Part shown: positions 56,763 through 64,000 of the stretch, piece by piece
Position numbering within the stretch: the stretch's first letter is position 1
Layout of the letters: every line of letters starts with the position of its first letter
DNA from: an uncultured Oscillospiraceae bacterium
Lineage (GTDB): Bacteria > Bacillota > Clostridia > UBA1212 > UBA1255
Assembly: GCA_902472555.1 (NCBI GenBank)
Contig: CABROF010000002.1
Location: 28,404 to 92,403 of the forward strand
Length of the DNA stretch: 64,000 nucleotides
Direction: 5' to 3'
Notes under the pieces: generated by a model
Told to the model about the DNA's origin: nothing
Seen by the model: only the letters and a program-made list of their open reading frames with translations
Database searches by the model: none
Translations under genes and position numbers: made by a program

Positions 56763-57530
56763 ATGTTCAATTATAAAATCACCCTACAGTATGATGGGAC
56801 CGGAATCCAGGGCTGGCAGAAGCAGACCCGCACGCAGAATACAATTCAGGGAAAATTAGAAGCGATCCTTACGAAAATGACGGGCGTACAGACAGAGGTG
56901 CACGGCGCGGGACGAACGGACGCCGGGGTTCACGCTTATGGACAAACAGCAAATTTTAAACTGCGGGAAGCCATCCCGGAGCAGAAGATTCTTTCCTATC
57001 TCAATCGTTACCTTCCTCGGCAAATTGCGGTTACCGAAATCTGTCAGGTGCCGGAAAGCTTCCACAGCAGACTCAGCGCCAAGTCAAAAGTCTATCTGTA
57101 CCGCATTTGGAACGGTCCGTACAGTCCTGTATTTGAGCGAAATTTTTTGTATCACATTCCCGAGCCGCTGGCAGTATCCCCCACCCGGACCGCCGCGGCA
57201 TTTTTTATGGGCGAACATGATTTTCGTTCCTTTTCCGCAGACCGCCGCAGCAAAAAGTCCACGATCCGAACCTTGTTTCATACTGAGATTCAGACACTTT
57301 CTGCGCCTCTTGGTACAGAGGTGCGGATCATTCTGCACGGCAGCGGTTTTCTATACCATATGGCCCGGATTATTACAGGTACATTAATTGAAGCGGGCTT
57401 CGGCCTGCGGGCGGCGGAGGAGATTCCGGCGCTGTTTGCCTGCAGGGACCGCAGCAAGGCCGGATTTACGGCGCCGCCCCAGGGTCTTATCCTGCAGGAA
57501 GTACGTTATGAAAATGAAAGTATCCTGTAA
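56763..57530 (+). CDS. truA: tRNA pseudouridine(38-40) synthase
   Basis: GWQKQ...HGAGRTDAGVHA catalytic Asp motif. Start set at MFNYKI with a GGAGGG RBS. Confidence 0.85.
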   Translation: MFNYKITLQYDGTGIQGWQKQTRTQNTIQGKLEAILTKMTGVQTEVHGAGRTDAGVHAYGQTANFKLREAIPEQKILSYLNRYLPRQIAVTEICQVPESFHSRLSAKSKVYLYRIWNGPYSPVFERNFLYHIPEPLAVSPTRTAAAFFMGEHDFRSFSADRRSKKSTIRTLFHTEIQTLSAPLGTEVRIILHGSGFLYHMARIITGTLIEAGFGLRAAEEIPALFACRDRSKAGFTAPPQGLILQEVRYENESIL

Positions 57531-57556
57531 AAATAAAATTTTCACAGAGAAAAAGG

Positions 57557-59668
57557 ATGAAGATTCATATGAACAATGAAGTGCAATTTATGCGCGCACA
57601 GCCGGTATGGGCAGAAAACAGAGCCCATGAAATGAATATGACGATTCTGTTTCGTTCGCAATTAAAGACCGCATGTCCGTCTGGTACAGTTCTCAGGCTC
57701 ACAGGTTCCTCCTGCTACACAGTCTATATCAACGGCTGTTTATTCGCCATGGGACCGGCGCGCTGTGCGCACGGCTTCTACCGCGTGGATGAACAATGTC
57801 TGGATGCGGTTCTCCGCGGAAACGATGTAGTTGACATCCGGGTCTCCGGCTATAATATCAACAGCTATGAATGGCTGGATATGCCGGCATTTCTGTGCGC
57901 AGAAATCTGCTGCGGGAATCAAGTACTGGCTGCAACCGGACACGGAGGCTTTTCCGCATACGAATATACGGAGCGTATACAAAAGGCTCAGAAATATTCA
58001 TTTCAGCGCACCTTTGCGGAAATATATGATTTCAGCCGCAGAACGGATTTTGGAAAGCCGCTTTCCCTGACACTGCAAACGGAAGGGATAAAAGCCTTTC
58101 TGCCTCGCGGCATCCGTTATCCGGATTTTGAGCAGCTCCCGTATAAAGACATTCTCCGCCGCGGTCATTACAGTCTTTCTGAGAAGACACAGTATTATGC
58201 GGACCGGGCGATTACCGGCATTGGGCCGAAGCAGAAAGGGTATCCCTTTGAACAGCTGGAAATCTGTTCTTTGCATGAAGCGCAGAAAATGGATTTCGAC
58301 ACGTCTGCGGAACCGGCCGGCACCTATACGCTATATGATATGGGCTGTGAATATACGGGGCTGATCGGCTGCGAGGTCACATGCACGGAACGTGTGCGGG
58401 TTATGATTCTGTTTGATGAAATTCTGACTGACGGTGACGTTCATTTTCTGCGTATGGGCTGTTCCAATGTGCTGCTCTATGATCTGCCTGCCGGACATCA
58501 TTTTCTGCTTTCTTTTGAGCCTTACGTGCTTCGCTATCTGAAAATCGCGGTTTCGGGGCCGGCGGAAAGTACGGTTGTCTCACAGGTCCATATGCGCCGT
58601 GTCGGCTATATGCTGCCGGATGTTTCACTGAACAGTCCGGATCAAAACCTGCAGCGCATTTTCAGTGCGGCGCTGGAAACCTTCCGGCAGAATACATACG
58701 ATATTTATATGGATTGTCCCTCCCGGGAGCGGGCCGGCTGGCTGTGTGACAGCTTTTTTACCGGCCGAGTGGAATATGTCCTCACCGGTAAAAGTGAGGT
58801 GGAACACAATTTTCTGCAGAATTTTCTGCTGCCGGACAGCTTTCGCTTTCTTCCGCAGGGCATGCTGCCCATGTGCTACCCCTCCGACCATTATGACGGA
58901 ATCTTCATTCCCAATTGGGCCATGTGGTTCGTTCTGGAGCTTCAGGAATATCTGCAGCGCTCCGGAGACAGGGCGCTGATAGATGCAGCAAAAAATAAGG
59001 TTTACGCCCTTCTTGCGTATTTTCAAAAATTTGAAAATGAGTTCGGTCTTCTGGAAAATCTGGAATCCTGGGTGTTTCTCGAATGGTCTCGGGCAAATGA
59101 GTTTATCTGTAACGTAAATTTTCCTACAAATATGCTGTATGCACGAATGAAGCAGGTAATTTCCGCGCTTTACGACGATCCGGCGCTGTCCCGGCAGGCG
59201 GCGCAGCTGAAAAGTACAATCCAAGAGATGTCCTATTCTGCGGAAGAAGACTTTTTCTGTGACAATGCCTGCCGTACAGACGGGGGCCTCGTGCGTTCCG
59301 GGCACCATTCGGAATGCTGTCAATATTATGCCTTTCATACAAAGGTTGCCCTTCCGGAGCAGTATCCTACCTTATGGAAGCGTTTAATTGAGGATTTCGG
59401 TCCGGATAGAAAAGCCACGGGCAAATGGCCGGCAGTTTATCCTGCAAATGCGTTTATCGGAAATTATCTGCGGCTGGATCTGCTCTCGGAAGCAGGTCTT
59501 GATGAAAAAGTCTTGGAAAATATCATCGGCTACTTTCTCTATATGGCAGATACCACCGGTACCCTATGGGAAAACGACGGCGCCTATGCAAGCTGCAACC
59601 ACGGCTTTGCTTCCCACGTCCTGTACTGGTTCGACCGAATGGGACTGCTGAAAAAAGGGAGCCTATGA
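57557..59668 (+). CDS. GH78-family alpha-L-rhamnosidase-like glycoside hydrolase
   Basis: MDCPSRERAGWLCD matches the GH78 D.P.R(D)ER.GW.GD motif; (alpha/alpha)6 catalytic domain features. Confidence 0.65.
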   Translation: MKIHMNNEVQFMRAQPVWAENRAHEMNMTILFRSQLKTACPSGTVLRLTGSSCYTVYINGCLFAMGPARCAHGFYRVDEQCLDAVLRGNDVVDIRVSGYNINSYEWLDMPAFLCAEICCGNQVLAATGHGGFSAYEYTERIQKAQKYSFQRTFAEIYDFSRRTDFGKPLSLTLQTEGIKAFLPRGIRYPDFEQLPYKDILRRGHYSLSEKTQYYADRAITGIGPKQKGYPFEQLEICSLHEAQKMDFDTSAEPAGTYTLYDMGCEYTGLIGCEVTCTERVRVMILFDEILTDGDVHFLRMGCSNVLLYDLPAGHHFLLSFEPYVLRYLKIAVSGPAESTVVSQVHMRRVGYMLPDVSLNSPDQNLQRIFSAALETFRQNTYDIYMDCPSRERAGWLCDSFFTGRVEYVLTGKSEVEHNFLQNFLLPDSFRFLPQGMLPMCYPSDHYDGIFIPNWAMWFVLELQEYLQRSGDRALIDAAKNKVYALLAYFQKFENEFGLLENLESWVFLEWSRANEFICNVNFPTNMLYARMKQVISALYDDPALSRQAAQLKSTIQEMSYSAEEDFFCDNACRTDGGLVRSGHHSECCQYYAFHTKVALPEQYPTLWKRLIEDFGPDRKATGKWPAVYPANAFIGNYLRLDLLSEAGLDEKVLENIIGYFLYMADTTGTLWENDGAYASCNHGFASHVLYWFDRMGLLKKGSL

Positions 59669-59709
59669 AATATCTTTCATGCCGTCTGTACGGCTGATAC
59701 GCAATTTTA

Positions 59710-59740
59710 TGAAAGCGGTGAGATCAATCCACCGCTTTCA
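59710..59740. terminator. Hairpin (11-bp stem tgaaagcggtg/caccgctttca) between convergent genes; weak terminator
   Basis: Perfect stem overlapping the 3' end of the permease gene; no strong U-tract. Confidence 0.3.
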
Positions 59741-62261
59741 TAGATTCCACCATACGGATCCGTTTTAATTTTATCAGCATCAGCAGATCCACTGCCGCAG
59801 AAAAGGTCAGCGTCAATACTGCGGCAAAGACAAAGCTCCACGGTGAAATCGTTCTTCCGAACATCAGATCAACGCTTTCCGCAGTGATAATTACATAGCG
59901 ATGCAGCACAGTCCCCAGAAGCAGGCCCGTGAGCGTTCCGAGTATCGTCAGCATCACAATCTCACGGAAAATATACCGCGCCACCTCTCCGTGGTGGTAG
60001 CCCAATACCCGCAGTGTAGCAAGCTCCTTTGTCCTTTCATTAATATTCACATTTGTCAGATTATACAGCACGATAGCGGCTAGCGCTCCGGCAGCGAGGA
60101 TCAAAACCAGTACAATAAAGGTCATGCTGGACAGCAAATCCTCATAGGTCTTCCGCATCTGTGTATTGAATTCCACAGCAGACACGGCTCCTGTTTTTGT
60201 AAGAGCCCGTACGGCAGCATCTTGTTCCGCTTGGTCCGTAATGCCGGATTTGACAAAAACCGTATTATACGAAACAGAACCAAACGCTTTTAAATATACG
60301 CTTTCGTGGATGTATACACAGCATCCGACATAATTCTCCGTAATTCCGGTGACAACCAGCCGTACCTTTTGATTCGCGGCATTTTCAAGGGTTACGCTTT
60401 CTCCGATTCCCACGTCAAGTGTTTCCGCCATTTTTTCAGTCAGAATTACAGAATCGCTGTTAAGCGCAATATCCGTGTCCTCTTTCCGGTCATGCAGCCG
60501 GATAAACTGCGTAAAGTCCGCCGCGTCCCGGGGCACATAGAGGGCCGCATCAACGTGCTTTCCGGCCGCAGTCACACCGACGCTTTCAAAGCAGGCCACC
60601 GTGTATGGCTTATCCTTTAAAAATGCAAGAAGCTCCGTATCTTCCGCAAGCGGATCCCGTCCGTTCTCTGCTTCTATGCCGGCAGGGTAATCAATCTTCA
60701 TATCATACAGCAGAATCTCCTGAAACTGCCGATTCGCAATCACTTCTGTAGAATCTCTGAGTCCAAATCCGGTCAAAAGCAGAGCCGTACAGCCCGCCAC
60801 TCCGATGACAGTCATAAACAGGTGTCTTTTATTGCGAATGATATTGCGTGCAGAGGCTTTATAGGAGAAAGACAGATGCTTCCAGATAAACGGAATCCGT
60901 TCCAATAAAATACGCTGCCCTGCCTTTGGGACCCGCGGCAGCATAAGATATGCCGGCTTTTCACGGAGAGACCTGCCGCAGGACAGCAGCGTCGCGCCTA
61001 TGGTACAAACGATTTCCAGCGTACAGGAAATCAGTGCAAAAATCCAGTCCAGCTGCGTGACCAGCGGCGGCAGCATATACAGCGTTTCATACGCATTATA
61101 AAAGACAGCCGGCATCAGCTGGAAGCCTGTTGCCAGACCGAATAGGCATCCGATAGCAGTCGCCAGACCGGAGTATGCTACATATTTATAAGTAATCGCA
61201 CCCTTGCTGTAGCCTATGGCTTTTAAGGTTCCGATCTCAGTTCGGTCCTCCTCTACCATTCTGGTCATGGTGGTCAGCGTCACTAAAGCCGCTACCAAAA
61301 AGAAGAAGATCGGAAACAGCTTTGCCACATCGGCTACCTTTTGCACATTAATTCGATAACTTGCATAGCTGACATTGGAAGTGCGGTCCAAGACATACCA
61401 TTTGGAGCCCGGAGAAGCTTCCGCATTCTGCCCGCCGGCTGCCGGATTTCCGCCGGTTGTCTCTGCGGACGCCTGACTGCCATGCGCAGTCTGCGTTTCT
61501 GCGATTTTCTCTATCGCGGATACGGCTTCGGCAATATACGATTCATATGTATCCGTAAACGCGGTCATCTGTGCCGCGCCCTTTACCATAACATACAAAT
61601 CCGTATACACCGGCAATGCGTAACAGCTGCTGTCTGCATAAACAATCATGCCGACACGGCCGTTTCCGATGGCACTCGTTTCTTTCTCCGATGAAAAATA
61701 AAATGGATTTCCGACGATGCCCACCACAGTATATTCCGTAATGCGGTACGTCCCGCCGATAGAAGCAGCATCCGCATTTTCCTCTGATATATATAGCTTA
61801 GCGCCCACCGAAATATCTGATAAATATCCCATTGGCCGCTGGATAACGCATTCCGCGGCCTGCTCCGGCATACGGCCCTCCAAAAGCGTCAGGCGGTTGA
61901 CAAACTCTGGCTCGTCATTTTGGGTCAGCGGCACCCCGAAGATCCTGGCGACCTGAACCTCACCGCCGTCTACGGACATCAGAGTATCCGTTACATATGC
62001 GGGCATCACCTGATCGATTTTATCCAGATCGGAGACAGCCGCAATATCGGCCTCTGTAAATCCCGCGGCAGATTTCATAAAAATGTCGCACATCCGATTC
62101 TCATCATAATAGCGGTCTACAGAAACCTTCATATCCGGCGTTGCAGACAGCACACCTACCAAAAAGCCAACGCCCAGCGCAACAATTGCGATAATTGCGA
62201 TGAACCGGCCGAAACTCTTTTTAATATCGCGCAGAACGCTTCTGTGATACATTTTACCCAT
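59724..62261 (-). CDS. ABC transporter permease, FtsX-like (845 aa, two FtsX modules)
   Basis: N-terminal TM, large extracellular domain, C-terminal 4-TM FtsX-like modules. Confidence 0.75.
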   Translation of the reverse strand: MGKMYHRSVLRDIKKSFGRFIAIIAIVALGVGFLVGVLSATPDMKVSVDRYYDENRMCDIFMKSAAGFTEADIAAVSDLDKIDQVMPAYVTDTLMSVDGGEVQVARIFGVPLTQNDEPEFVNRLTLLEGRMPEQAAECVIQRPMGYLSDISVGAKLYISEENADAASIGGTYRITEYTVVGIVGNPFYFSSEKETSAIGNGRVGMIVYADSSCYALPVYTDLYVMVKGAAQMTAFTDTYESYIAEAVSAIEKIAETQTAHGSQASAETTGGNPAAGGQNAEASPGSKWYVLDRTSNVSYASYRINVQKVADVAKLFPIFFFLVAALVTLTTMTRMVEEDRTEIGTLKAIGYSKGAITYKYVAYSGLATAIGCLFGLATGFQLMPAVFYNAYETLYMLPPLVTQLDWIFALISCTLEIVCTIGATLLSCGRSLREKPAYLMLPRVPKAGQRILLERIPFIWKHLSFSYKASARNIIRNKRHLFMTVIGVAGCTALLLTGFGLRDSTEVIANRQFQEILLYDMKIDYPAGIEAENGRDPLAEDTELLAFLKDKPYTVACFESVGVTAAGKHVDAALYVPRDAADFTQFIRLHDRKEDTDIALNSDSVILTEKMAETLDVGIGESVTLENAANQKVRLVVTGITENYVGCCVYIHESVYLKAFGSVSYNTVFVKSGITDQAEQDAAVRALTKTGAVSAVEFNTQMRKTYEDLLSSMTFIVLVLILAAGALAAIVLYNLTNVNINERTKELATLRVLGYHHGEVARYIFREIVMLTILGTLTGLLLGTVLHRYVIITAESVDLMFGRTISPWSFVFAAVLTLTFSAAVDLLMLIKLKRIRMVESMKAVD

Positions 62262-62267
62262 ACAGCC

Positions 62268-62978
62268 TCACCATTCGATCTCTTCCACGGGAGCCGCATG
62301 TTCATTCCGCAGCATATCGTACACGGTCCCGTTTTTGATGCGGATGATTCTGTCCGCCATTGCTGTAATCGCTTGATTATGCGTAATAACAATTACAGTT
62401 TTCCCCATATTTCTGCAGCAATCCTGCAGCAGCTTGAGAATCTTCTTACCGGTATGATAATCCAGGGCACCGGTGGGTTCGTCGCAGAGCAGGATTTTCG
62501 GATTTTTTGCAAGCGCCCTGGCAATCGAAACGCGCTGCTGCTCCCCGCCCGATAGCTGCGCGGGAAAGTTGTGCATGCGCTCTGTCAGTCCCACGGCCTT
62601 TAATGCCTCCGCGGTATCCAAAGGATCCTTACAGATTTCCGAAGCCAGCTCCACATTTTCAAAGGCCGTCAGATTCTGCACCAGATTATAAAATTGAAAC
62701 ACAAAGCCTACATCATATCGACGGTAATTTGTCAGCTGTCTGTCGTTCATGCCGCTGATCTCCGCGCCATCCAAAAAAATCTTGCCGCTGTCACATGCAT
62801 CCATGCCCCCCAGCATATTCAGCACCGTTGTCTTTCCTGCTCCGCTGGGGCCTACAATCACGCAGAATTCACCTTTTTCAATAGAAAAACTTACATGATC
62901 CGAAGCCGCGATGGTCTGATCCCCGGTCCGGTAATATTTACAAACATCTTCAAAAACAACAAAAGCCTGTTCAGACAT
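62268..62978 (-). CDS. ABC transporter ATP-binding protein (MacB-like)
   Basis: GPSGAGKTT, LSGGEQQRVSIA, LLCDEPTGALD. Confidence 0.85.
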   Translation of the reverse strand: MSEQAFVVFEDVCKYYRTGDQTIAASDHVSFSIEKGEFCVIVGPSGAGKTTVLNMLGGMDACDSGKIFLDGAEISGMNDRQLTNYRRYDVGFVFQFYNLVQNLTAFENVELASEICKDPLDTAEALKAVGLTERMHNFPAQLSGGEQQRVSIARALAKNPKILLCDEPTGALDYHTGKKILKLLQDCCRNMGKTVIVITHNQAITAMADRIIRIKNGTVYDMLRNEHAAPVEEIEW

Positions 62979-63084
62979 TTTCCTACCTCCAACACAATCG
63001 TCATCTTACTTATTGATATTTTCCCTTTATTTTCATACGGCTCCGCCGCACGTTCTGCAGCAGAAGCCTGCGGCATTTTTCAGA

Positions 63085-63531
63085 TTACCGTTCCAACTTC
63101 CCATGCGCCTCCATGTGATCAGCTGATAAATTGATCAGCCGAATAAGCTCCAGAACGTTCCGCTCCCCCAAACCGTCTACTAAAATATGAAAATAGCGCT
63201 CTACAAACCGGACCTTTCCCGCAGCATAGCCGGCGCCCTGCTCAGTAAGCCGCACCCGCATTTTTCTGCGATCCTGTTCCTCAGTTTCCATGGCAATATA
63301 TCCCTTTGTGCGGAGCGCGGCAAGTACGGAGGTAATGCGCTGCCGGCTGACGTACAACGCTCCGCTGATATCAGACGGATAAATTTCCCGATCTCTATTT
63401 GCCGAAAGATACAGCAGTACACGCATTTCTCCCTGGCAAAACTCCATAAACGGTGCAATGACCTCCATGTCGTACATTCTCTGCAGCGAATGGATCAGGG
63501 AATCCTTCAGCGCCTCAGCATCCATAAGCAT
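63085..63531 (-). CDS. MarR-family transcriptional regulator
   Basis: Winged-helix region (ISGALYVSRQRITSVLAALRTKGYI..ETEEQDRRK). Confidence 0.8.
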   Translation of the reverse strand: MLMDAEALKDSLIHSLQRMYDMEVIAPFMEFCQGEMRVLLYLSANRDREIYPSDISGALYVSRQRITSVLAALRTKGYIAMETEEQDRRKMRVRLTEQGAGYAAGKVRFVERYFHILVDGLGERNVLELIRLINLSADHMEAHGKLER

Positions 63532-63551
63532 CCTTCCTTTCCTTTTAAAAT

Positions 63552-63596
63552 AAACGCAGGTGTATAATCAACAGCATTGATTATACACCTGCGTTT
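63552..63596. terminator. Perfect 20-bp-stem hairpin (aaacgcaggtgtataatcaa-cagca-ttgattatacacctgcgttt), bidirectional terminator candidate
   Basis: A/T-runs on both sides; lies between MarR (start 63531) and ald (stop 63712). Confidence 0.5.
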
Positions 63597-63711
63597 AGAA
63601 TTATGCAAAAAATATTAAAATGCCGGATACCCGTTCCGAAAGGGGAAACGCGCACAGCGCAGGCTCCGGCATATCCCATTCGTGGGATTTTTTTCGCTTT
63701 GCGCGGATCTT

Positions 63712-64000
63712 TTATACGCGCTCGGCAATGGCCTGCCGGGCCGGGGTGCAGGGCATTCCATGGGCCTCTGCCACACCGCTGCAGGTCAGGCTTCCTTTAT
63801 ATATGTTCAGGCCCCGCAGCAATCCCGGATCTGCAGCAAGCGCAGCCTCGGCCCCCTTGTCCGCAATCGACAGCGCATAACCGGAAATCGCATTATTCAG
63901 TGCAACGGTTGCAGTATTGGACACTGCCCCCGGCATATTCCCCACACAATAGTGAAGCACATTGTCCACCAGATAAACCGGGTCGTCATGATAGGTAACA
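63712..64000 (-). CDS. ald: Alanine dehydrogenase, C-terminal part (N-terminus beyond the window end)
   Basis: NVLHYCVGNMPGAV...ALNNAISGYALSIADKG matches the Ald C-terminal NAD domain. The reading frame stays open to position 64000. Confidence 0.7.
   Translation of the reverse strand, partial: VTYHDDPVYLVDNVLHYCVGNMPGAVSNTATVALNNAISGYALSIADKGAEAALAADPGLLRGLNIYKGSLTCSGVAEAHGMPCTPARQAIAERV

Noticed and set aside
1-64000. CRISPR arrays or rRNA genes
   Set aside because: No regularly spaced direct repeats with unique spacers and no rRNA-like conserved stretches were seen. The only significant dispersed repeat is the 32-mer pair flanking the islet.

Overview
This 64 kb window looks like a Firmicutes (Clostridia-like) chromosomal segment. 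It is gene-dense, mostly minus-strand, and moderately GC-rich apart from a ~3 kb AT-rich islet. Housekeeping content includes a type IIA topoisomerase B/A pair with a PHP-domain protein, RNase E/G, valS, gpmI, truA, rnhB, ylqF/rbgA, engB, class I fumarate hydratase alpha/beta, a partial ald and one tRNA-Leu(UAA). A complete bifurcating [FeFe]-hydrogenase operon (hydA, nuoF-like, Fdx, nuoE-like) is preceded by a sensory-hydrogenase module: a HydS-like protein, two HATPase proteins, two DRTGG proteins and a PHP phosphatase. Rhamnose genes are scattered: a rhaB plus Zn-ADH operon, a bifunctional rhamnulose-1-P aldolase/SDR and a GH78 rhamnosidase. The accessory regions I find most interesting are: (1) an AT-rich islet at 53.1-56.2 kb bounded by a perfect 32-bp direct repeat, holding a truncated ISAs1 transposase and two tandem paralogous secreted membrane-anchored proteins with identical 3' ends; (2) tandem ECF S-component paralogs followed by a protein of unknown N-domain fused to a uridine-kinase-like P-loop domain, convergent with a pdxK/thiD-family kinase; (3) a HlyD-FtsX-double-ATPase ABC system next to CotH-kinase and cyclophilin lipoproteins; (4) an NMT1/SsuA-type ABC importer with a long leader; (5) an AMP-ligase / cupin-XRE / LysA-like decarboxylase cluster. 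I found no CRISPR arrays or rRNA. Gene starts were refined by locating the start codon and RBS in the sequence. Family assignments come from motif recognition only; no database searches were possible.
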